Notes: a model not told the origin generated them from the sequence alone. Positions 51,445 through 62,481 are shown, counted from the whole stretch's first letter. The stretch is DNA of 63,708 nucleotides, filler included, from Lenisia limosa (GCA_001655205.1; 17 parts of 17 records of this genome joined end to end with filler, not necessarily neighbours in it); one strand, 5' to 3'. Numbers and translations are program-made.

Positions 51445-51569
51445 AAGCAAAATATCACCAAGTGGCTGAGTAATATGAATTTGAAGCACAGTGACAATGG
51501 AAGCCTCCAAATAATCAGATTCAGGTGCTTTAGTGTACAATATATCAACTGGAAATCTTCTACCAGGAA
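51445..51569 (-). CDS. DHX16: DEAH-box splicing helicase, Prp2/DHX16-like, single exon
   Basis: [42 protein letters not shown] matches [46 protein letters not shown] acceptor; truncated by a gap. Confidence 0.75.
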
Positions 51570-53169
51570 CTAGAATAATCTTAGTCAAAAAGAATCTTAA
51601 ATGTAGTAGTGTGTTTAATGATAGTTGTAGTATGTAAAGAGAACAAAGTTCATCTGAGATTTAATACAAAATTTGAATAACACTTCCTATTTTATAATAT
51701 TTTTGAGCCTCATTGAACAAAGTAAAGACGAGAAGGTGGTCTGCCCAAGGATGAGGCTTTCCGCTTCACCACGCATTCCATAAGCCACAACTGGTAGAGC
51801 TAAAAGTTGGCCTTAATCGTCAACAAAATCATGCCAAGATACGATATTAGGAAAATAGGCAACTAAATCAGCGACAACTCTTCCACTCCTTTTTTTTGTT
51901 TTGTTTTCTCTTCTCATCACCATCTTATTTCGTGTGGATTCTCAAGTTCATCGCTTCCACGCGAAGTTGGAGCTCGGTGTCATCTTGACCATTGGTACGC
52001 ACTTCTTTCGGTTGGTGGGTCTCTTTTGTAAGGGTTAGAGAAAATAGAAAAGAATTACAACACTATATAATAACATAAACTATTTTCATTTTGCCTTTTT
52101 ATACTCTATAATTTCCTTTCATTTGTCTGAATTACAATAATAGAACAGAATACAGATTGCTAACATAATCTAATACAAAATGTAGAAGCGTGACAAGCTA
52201 GTCCACAACAAGACGTTTCTCCAGTTGACTATCTTATTCACTACTAAGAAATGGGTTCTGCTGAGACGGCGTCTCTTTATGTTCACGGGCTAAACACCAA
52301 CAATATCGAGTCTGCCAACTCCGTTGAAGGTCACAATCGAACCGGATCTCTTGTGTCTTGTGGAGTCCACTTACGCCTTTACTGAAAGAGGTCAGCCTTA
52401 TTGCGGAACCAACCCTGAAATAAAGTTATTAAAAGCTAATAGTTTACAGCATATTTTGTGTAAATCATCAAAGCACATATAATAAACAGTAAAGATACAG
52501 CTGCTATAACACAAAACAACACACACTGAAACGCACCTTGGTGGATGAGGGATTTCAACTCAGGGACATTGGTGAAGGTACATAATTGTGTACAGTCACA
52601 TTATTGTGTCCACTTTTTCATTCTTTAAATTTTTTGCTTTAAAAACCCTTCGTATGAATAATTGTAGAAAAATAATCTTGTATTGATGTAATAAATTATT
52701 TTGGGCTGAGGCCTGCTTCCACGATGTCATTTTTTGACTCCTAAATTGTGATAATAAAGGAAAGTAATTACTGTTGCATGTTTACTCTTGCCTCAACACA
52801 CTCTTTTTCTTGACTCCTAACGTTGTGAGCTTTTGGGCTTCTAAATGTTGTTAGAGAAGAAGAAAGAATAGTGATTCTAAGGAACAGTTTCCCCCACTTT
52901 TTCGATCCAGTGTTTTTCGGTCTTCGGAGCGATTGATTTGCGAGCTTTGGGAGATGGCTCAAAAGCNNNNNNNNNNNNNNNNNNNNNNNNNNNNNNNNNN
53001 NNNNNNNNNNTTAATTAATTAANNNNNNNNNNNNNNNNNNNNNNNNNNNNNNNNNNNNNNNNNNNNTTGGGGCGGAATCTCCACTGCAATTCTACAGGGA
53101 ATTAGCCGGGAAATGAAGGTTTTAACAGAAATTCTGTTGTCAATAACTCGTGGATATATATTTGTTTCT

Positions 53170-53325
53170 GATATGGATAACAATGAGAAATAAGAAACAA
53201 GGTTGTATCTGGCCTAAGTCGTCCACACCATCACGCCTATAAGAGATATTGGATTACAGTAAATATTAATTCACCCAATCATTTGCCTTATAACTCTGTG
53301 TACACAGCTTTTTGCGTGCCTCCCC
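53170..53325 (+). repeat. Composite intronic repeat family 3, type copy. Parts at 23210-23252, 35490-35605, 39230-39275, 40585-40625(-), 42280-42480(-), 46370-46460(-), 49030-49175, 55075-55130, 58157-58229, 59240-59265(-)
   Basis: AATGAGAAATAA..TATCTGGCCGAAGCCGTCCACACCATCACGCTTATAAGAGATATTGGA..ATTAATTCACCCAATCATTTGCCTTATAACTCTGTGTACACAGCTTTCTGCGTGCCTC recurs on many scaffolds. Confidence 0.85.
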
Positions 53326-53821
53326 GGCATATTAATTCAAAATTGATTATATTAACAGCATATATAACCTTTTCGGTAATGCTCGCCCCCCCCCCCCCCC
53401 NNNNNNNNNNNNNNNNNNNNNNNNNNNNNNNNNNNNNNNNNNNNNNNNNNNNNNNNNNNNNNNNNNNNNNNNNNNNNNNNNNNNNNNNNNNNNNNNNNNN
53501 NNNNNNNNNNNNNNNNNNNNNNNNNNNNATCCCTGGGGGGGAGAGGGTAAAATTGGAAATCTATGAAACAAAATAAGGCCCAAAATCAACTACGTTCAAA
53601 ATAACGACTAATTGGTGACAGAAATATGTCCCACTCTTTACAGGAGCAATCCCCACTCCATCTTATAAGTCTTGACCTATTGTCCTTTGGATATTATATA
53701 GCAAATCGGTCAAGACTTATCCCGGTCACTGTACATATCATATATCGAATCCCATAAATACCCACAACACATTGTATCATATAAACACACCCCCTCCTCT
53801 ATATCCCCCCCCACTCTTTAC

Positions 53822-55896
53822 AGAAGCAGCCCTGAGCCGAGGTTGTTCCGGCGGCAATGGTGTCTTCGTTATCGCTACAAGCAAAGCACTCCACGTTCTG
53901 CAGTCCTGACTTGAAATAGCCTAAAATGTGACAAAATATGGGTATAATAAGGGTAAAACAGGGTAAAGGAAGGTAAGATATGGAAGAAATAAAACAGGGT
54001 AAAATATGGGTTTAATAAATCGTAATTTGAAGAGGAATATTGGTGAAAGCAGGGAATTTGGGAAATATGTGAACAAAACATTCGCTTGAAATAGCCTAAA
54101 AAGTAGTAAAATATAGGTATAATTAGAAGGGTTTAATAAGGGAGATTATGAACGAAAAAGGGGGAAATGGGTTGAAATAAGCAAAAAAATAATATTACAT
54201 CCCGATTTGAAATAGTCTCATAAGTGGTAACTTAGAGAGGGTGGGGGGTGAGCGGCCAGAGAGGTTATTTGTCTTTGTGTATTATTCTTGCTTTCGAAAA
54301 AGGGTTCAATTTAAAGATAAAAAGCAGCCACGGTCTAAATAAAGAAAGAAAGAGGAAAGAAAACAAACAATCAAACAAACAAACAACAAAAACAAACAGC
54401 AAAGCAAAAGAAAACAACAAGGTACGAGAAAAAAGCACCCTATCAATCAGTGAACCAACCTTGAGGACAAGGGAGACAAACTTGGCCTTCTGGGGTATCT
54501 ATATGGGTTATAAATACGGTCCCAAGAAGACCAGTTAATCATTGATATCTATTACTGCGTGTTAGTTAGGCCTTCACTTCTGTTCGAAAAAAAAGACGGA
54601 ATTTCTCGATAATCCTCGAAAACTACCGATATTTACTGGACTTTTTCGAACCGAAGTGAAGCCCCAGTGTTTGCTCCCTGGTTTCTATTCAAAATTATTC
54701 GCAAAAGCCAGTCGCATATACGTCCTTCCACTGTACTTCTACGTTATTTCCTTCATTTATCTTAATATTTTACCTCCGTGTTGTCAGCTAACAGAGCCGT
54801 TGATATTTCCCCACATATCTCTTTGTTTTTATTCATTTCAAATTATTTCTTAACCCAGTCTACTTCCCCTTAGTTTCCCCTATTCTCCTGACCCCCCCCC
54901 ACTTGAAATACCGACACCCTCTTTGCAGGAGCAGTACTGTGAATCACCTAGTTCCACACGGATCTCCCTGAAATGGATTATTTTTTAGGATCTCCTGAAA
55001 CAGATTATATATGGGATTTCCACATAAAAAGGATTACTAACGAGTATAGAGATGAGCGATACAACAAGTTTTGCATCAGGCCGAAGCCGTCCACACCATC
55101 ACGCTTTTTTTTTAAAGAGATATTGGATTTAATATCATACATATAATACATGCATATATCACCAACCCACATTGGCAGGCATATTGAGTATCACCAACCC
55201 ACATTGGCAGGCATATTGAGTATCACTAACCCACATTGGCCGTCCACACCATCATGCTTTATACGCGATATTGAATTGAATATCATACATATCATAAATA
55301 CTGTACATATTATATAATATACTGTGCATATATCACCCACATAGGCAGGCATTTGCAGTCGCTACTCGACACAGAAGCCGCACTATCAGTTAACATTCGA
55401 CTACCACAAGGCATGCACATAGCGCCACTGAGGAACTCGTAGGGCTGGAAGGTGTGTCTGAACGGTCAGATGTGAACGCATGTTAATATTGTGCAATTTT
55501 AAAGTGTAGAAAGTGAAATTATGGTCTTTAAATTCAGGGGGAAAAGAAGGTAAATTTAGGGAGGATAGAGGGGAACATTGCCTCCAGAGTCCATAGTGTT
55601 GGAAGGTTCCGAAATGGATTACATTTATGTGAATTTGCTGGCAAATTAGAGAAATGGGGGTAAAGTACGGGAAAAATTGGAGAAAACGGGGGAAGTTTAG
55701 AGGATAATTAGGGGAAAAGCGGTACATTTAGGCAGGCGAGTTGATAATTCAGGGAACAAGGAGTAAATTTAGTGGAGATAGCCCTCCCCATACTGTGGAC
55801 ACGGGTCACAGGCAAGGTGGCTACCCTGGCTGTTCAGAATCCAGCCCTTCGCGCATCCACATGTGGTGGTTGTGTCTGTTAGTGCTCCTCCCCATT
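53822..55896 (-). CDS. Cys-rich GCC2_GCC3 / ephrin-receptor-like repeat protein fragment (at least 5 exons)
   Basis: TTCGCAKGWILNSQGSHLACDPCPQ; AMCMPCGSRMLTDSAASVSSSDCKC; YCSCKEG; GQVCLPCPQG; ECFACSDNEDTIAAGTTSAQGCFC (C..C...T...GS.S...C.C pattern). Confidence 0.75.
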
Positions 55897-56507
55897 GCTG
55901 AAAGAATGATAAGAACTAATATGATTCAATGGTTATAAGAACTACTAAGANNNNNNNNNNNNNNNNNNNNNNNNNNNNNNNNNNNNNNNNNNNNTTAATT
56001 AATTAANNNNNNNNNNNNNNNNNNNNNNNNNNNNNNNNNNNNNNNNNNNNCCGATTCGTGGCTTCTTCTTGTAAGCGAATGGTTATGCTTCTTCTTGAGG
56101 CTTAATAATGGTGCATTGTTGTTTGTATATATGATGGTTGGTTTTGTAAGCGAATGATGATAAAGGGCTTGTGATATCTTCATATAAGTAGGACAATGAT
56201 GATTAAAAGGGTAGATCTACTCCCAAAAACTCAGACTTTAACCAAAATTAGGCCTCCAAGGCAAAATATGACGTGGATAACATTCGACTTGCCGACGCTG
56301 CTTCCGACGTATATGCCGAGTGGGGGGGGGATATATATATAAATGGACTCCTATCGATATATTATCGGTCTTTTTCGGAAACCCTATGTACTATATGATA
56401 CATATGTTATGAAAAGGTGGGGGGGAATACTGAGGAGAAGTGTCAGGGAGGATCCGAGGTAATTTTCCGGTCAGTCAATCTCTTATTTGGTTCTATTGAT
56501 TTCTTAG

Positions 56508-56829
56508 GTTTGAGCTGACTTCTCTGGTTATACAAGGCAATTGCTGGGACAAAAATGGAGGTATGTTGTTTTTGTACATAATAGCTATTACATATAACTG
56601 TATAATATCATATGATATACAATTAACCAACACAGATTTAAATTGCTTCATAAATTTTCCACATCACCCCCCCCCCCAGGCCGACCACCAGTTGGCCTCG
56701 GCCTGACTCTGGCANNNNNNNNNNNNNNNNNNNNNNNNNNNNNNNNNNNNNNNNNTATCCTCCCTCATCGGACCGTCGGCCCGAATTCCTCCCCCCAGTT
56801 GCCGACACATTAGTGATGGAGAACCTGGG
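56508..56829 (+). CDS. UGGT: UDP-glucose:glycoprotein glucosyltransferase fragment (exons 56508-56560, 56680-56714+, 56799-56829)
   Basis: FELTSLVIQGNCWDKNG/GRPPVGLGLTLA...VADTLVMENLG matches UGGT FELEYLLLEGHC.D...G.PPRGLQ.TLG...DTIVMANLGY. Confidence 0.8.
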
Positions 56830-57129
56830 GTGGGGTGGGGGGTGTAACTATTATGATTATTATTGTTTTTTATTCATTTGTTTGATTTTTTTTTTATTTT
56901 ATTAATTTTGTTACTTACCGATTTCGTATTATTTTGAATTATATTCCGAGAAATCCTGTGCAACACCTTCATATTGGCTTCTGCTTGCTTCGAACGCAAT
57001 TTCTTTCATCTATCTTTGTTGGCTTCAAACAGGAGAAACGTATAACTATGAAAACGGAAAGAAAATAAAAGATAGACAAACGAATAGCATCCGATTCTTT
57101 ACATCCGATTCTTTATATCCGATATTTTC

Positions 57130-58020
57130 CTCAAAAAATATATTGGAACTTATTGGGAAAGGAAGTTGAAAGATGAATAGTGTACAAATCTGCAGAACAA
57201 CTACATTTTAGATGCAAATGCATGTACCGTATCCTGGCTTTGGAAGACACTGCAAATATCAGGGATGAGGCACAACAGAGACACTGGGAGGTTCTTTCCA
57301 CAGGTCCAAACAATGACATGCTCTCAAGCGCCAGAGGAGGGTGCGTGCGGTTGCTTGGAGGTAGTTGTACCTGAATTGATGAAAATAATAAAAAAGCGAA
57401 GTGTCACCCTAACAGCTTCACAAAAATACTACTGGTTAATCAATGTGGGGTCGATGAGTGGCAGTCCTCTTTCATCTCTGACCTTCATAATATGACGGCA
57501 GATCATATTATCGCCTTGCGGCAGGACAATGCGCAACACCACTCCACGTCTCCCATGCGTAGCCAATGGGCTTTCCAGAATCACGGCCAGTTCCACACTG
57601 GATATGAACTTTTCATTCTCCTTTGAGATGGAAGAAGAGGCCCATTGGGAACCGTGCCCAATGATAGCTGACCGTTCCGAGGACACGAAATAAAGTGACG
57701 CCATCAAAACGAGTGAGGTTTCCAGTGAAAGAGTGAACAACAAGGGGACGTTTCCAGTCGCTCAAGTGCCAATAAACAATAACATCCAAGGCAGACTTGG
57801 GAGCGTATGCTCTATTCGCCTCATGCACGATTGGCATATGTGCGGATTAGTCTGAACGAAGTGCTGGATGACTTCTGCCGGACAGGTTCCCAGCAATACG
57901 AAAACGATTAAGTTCAACAAGAGCGTGAACCTTCTCAAAGCTGTGTGTGGTTCTGCAGTGCTTTTACAGCACGCTTGTCTCTAAAATATTTCTCGTCACA
58001 GTCAATAATCTCTCTATGAG
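57130..58020 (-). pseudogene. Degenerate intronless ORF relic inside a UGGT intron (probable transposon)
   Basis: About 170-codon frame with several in-frame stops (SFEKVHALVELNRF...AYAPKSALDVIVYWH...GKPIGYAWETWS); antisense to the host gene. Confidence 0.35.
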
Positions 58021-58354
58021 GACAGGCACTCCTGGTCATGTGTAAAACACTTAGCTCATTATTAAGTAGTCAAACAGTATAAATATGCACACCCCAATAC
58101 AATAGAAATGGGAAACACATATTATAAGGTACATATAGCAATGAGAAATAAAGATGTATCTGGCCGAAGCCGTCCACACCATTACGCTTATAAGAGATAT
58201 TGGATAATAGTATAGTATTAATTCACCCNNNNNNNNNNNNNNNNNNNNNNNNNNNNNNNNNNNNNNNNNNNNTTAATTAATTAANNNNNNNNNNNNNNNN
58301 NNNNNNNNNNNNNNNNNNNNNNNNNNNNATATATAATAATAATAATACGCCCAG

Positions 58355-58510
58355 AAACTATCGATCATCATCCGGCCTGATGATGTGGTTCACCATCCTG
58401 GTCGGTAACGTGGACTTCGAACACCCAAATGTCAGCAAGGATCCGCTGCCGAGCTACTTGTTCCTCCTCTGCGCATTTCTCTTCTTTACTCGCTACCAAG
58501 TCTCTATCAA
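58355..58510 (+). CDS. Membrane-protein exon, possibly a TRP/polycystin-type pore region
   Basis: NYRSSSGLMMWFTILVGNVDFEHPNVSKDPLPSYLFLLCAFLFF resembles pore helix + G..DF + S6. Weak match. Confidence 0.35.
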
Positions 58511-59757
58511 GTGAGGGGGGGATCTATGGGTCTATGTGTTGCTGTGACACAGAGTACCAAATTAAAACCTTCATTTAACAAACAATCAGGGCCTTCATTT
58601 TACTAACCAAATTAGGTGCTTCATTTCGGTCTTTTCCGGCATGGTGTTTGTGCTGTTCATTGCGTTCTTCCGCTCTATGCCCTCTGAACACCGACTGCTT
58701 CACATCCTCTTTATCATACCCGTAGGGAGGGGCATCAAAGATATCGTTTTTGTGTTTCTTTAGAACAGGATAGGCTTCGCACAGAATCCTACCGGTTATA
58801 TCCTCTTCATCATCATCACTAGCCAACAGAGTTTATTTTGGTCTTCTTTTTTTCACAAAAATTTCCAATTTTATCCTCAAACGCCAATATTCTTCATCGA
58901 AATTTTCTTCGTTNNNNNNNNNNNNNNNNNNNNNNNNNNNNNNNNNNNNNNNNNNNNNNNNNNNNNNNNNNNNNNNNNNNNNNNNNNNNNNNNNNNNNNN
59001 NNNNNNNNNNNNNNNNNNNNNNNNNNNNNNNNNNNNNNNNNNNNNNNNNNNNNNNNNNNNNNNNNNNNNNNNNNNNNNNNNNNNNNNNNNNNNNNNNNNN
59101 NNNAGGCTCGGCATTTCTTCATCATCAAGGTAGGACCCGGATTGATAGGCTTTACTGATAAATGTTAACGTCATTCTAAAAAATACTGTTTCCTTTTTCA
59201 TGGTATGCGGTGCTTTAAAAGCCTTTATGACTTTTGGAAGCTGTGGACGGCTTCGGCCAGATACTATCTCTTTAAACTTTCTTGTCTTTTCTTTGATTTC
59301 ATACAGATATGTATCAGCATGATGATACGACTAGCTTTGGCCAGATACTACCTATTATTTTTTACCTCAAGTTTTTGTTAAGTAGACATTTTTGCAACCA
59401 GAACAACAAAAAAATTCTACCTGTTATTTCTCATTTCTCATTTCAACATCAAAAGATATTCTTGGATTTCACCTGATTAGTTTGCAATTCGCACCCAGCG
59501 CAAAAACTCAAGATGTAAGTTCAAACTGCCACATTTGTTGTATTTAATCATTTTCTTCGTTTTCCCCACACATTTGTTGGATTCGAAATGTTCAGCCAAC
59601 GTAGTCGTTCTGGTTTTTTGGTTTATATGTTATTACTTNNNNNNNNNNNNNNNNNNNNNNNNNNNNNNNNNNNNNNNNNNNNTTAATTAATTAANNNNNN
59701 NNNNNNNNNNNNNNNNNNNNNNNNNNNNNNNNNNNNNNCCCCCCCCCCCACCCCCAG

Positions 59758-60650
59758 GTTGTCTTTACTGTTCCCTCGAGAGGAGTGGAGTTTATTTCAT
59801 ATGTGTCCGACACCTCATGTAGTCTGTCGGCTGCTAAAACGGTCACGTGCGATCTTTCATCCGTTAGGGGATACACTATACGTAGTATATCAACTATCAC
59901 GATCTGATATGTATATTTTTTAGTATTACTATTATTTTGTATTTTTTTTATTATTATTTTTTTTATTTTATTTTTTTTTGGGGGGAGGGGAGGAGGGTCT
60001 GTAGTCCCTCTACACATTGTCCAACCTTACCCTTCATTTCAGAATATCTTTTTTGTTTGTTTGTTTTGCTTCAATATTTCCGTATTAACACCCCCAGATC
60101 AAACCAAACGTCACCCTCATTTCCACTGTTGTTCTATCAGTAACTGAGGCGGGCTCATTGGAATGGGACGGCCTTCTCAAGAGCAGTGGGGAGGGTATAC
60201 TAGGTTTACAGATCAAGGAAATTTCACTTGGCATGATAACAGGAATCCATACCAAGATACAAGGCTGTTTGTCAACATCACCCAAGGGATGCGGTGCTGC
60301 NNNNNNNNNNNNNNNNNNNNNNNNNNNNNNNNNNNNNNNNNNNNNNNNNNNNNNNGTTATCAACCCTTGTGTGTTGTCAGTCAACAGAATCATTTTTTTG
60401 TTTCATAAACTTTCCAATTTTACTTTGTCAGCGTTGATTTGGGCTTTTTCGTTTCATATAATTTTACTCACGTCACCGCCTTAGAGGTTCGAGTGTCGAC
60501 ATCTGCTCGTGACACGGACTCAACCAACCAGGTACTGTGGGGCAATTAATTGAGGAATGATGGGATACCTCTCCCTCCAGGCCCAGAATGGCAAAACTCT
60601 TGCTGGTCGTTTTCGGACCGCCGAGAAAAGCACTTCCTCATACCTAGTTT
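59758..60650 (+). CDS. Ig-like DUF11-type domain protein, C-terminal fragment
   Basis: VVFTVPSRGVEFISYVSDTSCSLSAAKTVTCDLSS/IKPNVTLISTVVLS/...EVRVSTSARDTDSTNQ/...SSYLV* resembles DUF11 (P.G..F.S....C.....V.C.L and S...D.D.TN). Confidence 0.45.
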
Positions 60651-60979
60651 AACTATCTGTATTATGACACAACACTTATGAGTGCTGCGAACAACCTTTT
60701 CCCCTCTATTTGCCAGGTATTTCGAGGCCTCCTCTGACCGTTTCAGGAAGCCTCAACCACCACATTAGTGGCCATGCTGGCTCCCTCTGTCGCCGAAGTG
60801 GGGAGTGTTGAGGGGAATTATATACTATGTGTGTATCTGTGTATGTGTGTGTTATTCTTCTGTGTGGAAATGGGAAATATGACAAATGTTGGTATCCCAC
60901 TTTCGAATATTAATTTTGAAAATGACAATCCATTTCTCGGAGTAAAACATTACGCAGAGTCCAAGTTTCTAACCCCCGT

Positions 60980-61772
60980 AGAACTCAGGCCTGTGGTGTC
61001 CTGACGACACCTGTAAGTACTACTGCTTCGAGTCCACAGTCAACGGCCAGTCAAGGTGCGGGGGGAGGGGTGATTTTAGCGAAACAGGCGTACCATGTAG
61101 ACTGCAACAAATTGAATATCTGAAGACAATAAATGGCAATAAATTGAATATACAATATAGAATGAATTGTCTCCTGTTTTACTGTTAAGGGACTCAGTAT
61201 ATTGTCCTCAAGAATGAATCGTCTCCTGTTTTACTGTTTAGATGCGCATCAGGAGAGTTCATGTGTCCCACGGATGGAGCATGCGTATACGATGGAAGAC
61301 TCGTAGGGGCTATAAGAGATGCGGATCTTGAGATTATAATACCAAAGGGCTATAATAATATACAAAGCTACGATTTTATGAAAAGTGATTAGAGAACTGC
61401 AAATCAAGGTACCTTTCTGTGTCTTTTTAGTATAAGATTACAAGGGTCCCCCACTATAATATTTGGAACGCTACTAATAGGGCTTCACTTCTGTCCGAAA
61501 AAGACCGGTAAAAATCGAGAAAGTCCGTCGTTTTTCGAACCGAAGTGAAGCCAAGCCCTAGCTGCTAGTATTCCAAAACCTCCCATAGTACCTTAATTAT
61601 CTCCTCTTAACGCAAATTTTTTTCATCGATATTTCCTTCGTTTTACTCCCTTCTTTATCGATATTTTCTTCGTTTTACTCCCTTCTTTATCGATATTTTC
61701 TTCGTTTTACTTCCCCGTAGTGTGCCACCATTGACTCGTGTGACCCGATTGCCGAGAACACGGACGAGTCAG
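60980..61772 (+). CDS. LDL-receptor class A-like Cys-rich protein fragment (exons about 60980-61056, 61242-61302, 61721-61772)
   Basis: WCPDDTCKYYCFESTVNGQSR/CASGEFMCPTDGACVYDGRL/CATIDSCDPIAENTDES (C...EF.C...G.C and C...DE pattern). Phases are consistent. Confidence 0.6.
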
Positions 61773-62032
61773 GTCTCACTGTTTCGCAGCAGATCGGCAT
61801 CGGTAGGGGGGTCCATTATTGGGTTAAATTTGTGGACAAGGGGGGAGAGGATTTTGGGCTTGTCTAATAAGAAAAAAACATCTGTAGTTGCAAAAATTAA
61901 CCCTTTTTTTTTGGATTTTGACTTTAATATGTNNNNNNNNNNNNNNNNNNNNNNNNNNNNNNNNNNNNNNNNNNNNTTAATTAATTAANNNNNNNNNNNN
62001 NNNNNNNNNNNNNNNNNNNNNNNNNNNNNNNN

Positions 62033-62481
62033 GTCTTCGAGGTCCGTGACTACCTGTCAAAGCCTTCAGGACCCTCGCTTTCAATGAGCATCGGCGACAC
62101 CCCCTTGACTACGTTCAAATTCCAGAACAACGGTGCATCCGTCATCATCGGTTGGGCCTGATGGGGGCATTATTGATATTGATTTTTTTTATGAATGTAC
62201 AGATTTGTAAGGCAAATGATTGGGTGAATTAAATAATGAAACTTCTCTTCAGCAGATACAACCTTGTTTTATATCTCATCTTTTTTTTTTTATATAGCCC
62301 TCGTATGTTACTAAGCAACCGAGTTGATTTTGGAGAATTTTATTTTTTATTATTATTTTTGCTCCTGCCTGGAAACTTTAATTTCGCTCTTTCAGGAGGC
62401 AAAAATGGTCTCTCCACAGTGGTCACCCTCTGCTCCGGACTTCACGAACTCCAAGCCAATGAGAAGCAAGGCATGGCTCAG
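62033..62481 (+). CDS. DNAI2: Outer-arm axonemal dynein intermediate chain 2 (IC69/ODA6-like), fragment (exons 62033-62150, 62396-62481)
   Basis: DYLSKPSGPSLSMSIGDTPLTTFKFQNNGASVIIG/GKNGLSTVVTLCSGLHELQANEKQ aligns with DNAI2 P.LS.KV.D..L...R.Q.NG..IA.GS..G.TT...S.GL..LQ.NEK. Confidence 0.8.

Larger units (their letters stand above)
1705..62032. other. 16 artificial scaffold linkers (N44-TTAATTAATTAA-N44) near 1705, 3520, 8731, 22964, 25559, 34226, 36282, 38762, 46593, 48226, 49881, 52967, 55951, 58229, 59639 and 61933
   Basis: Identical 12-mer with stops in all six frames, always inside N runs totalling about 100 nt. Sequence on either side is unrelated. Confidence 0.97.

Noticed and set aside
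2025-61560. CRISPR-like recurrence of about 20-30-bp palindromic motifs
   Set aside because: The copies are dispersed MITE termini with TSDs. There is no regular repeat-spacer array and no cas genes.
1749-61988. Recurrent TTAATTAATTAA motif
   Set aside because: Always centred in about 100-nt N blocks; it is a six-frame-stop linker added during concatenation. Gene adjacency across it has no biological meaning.
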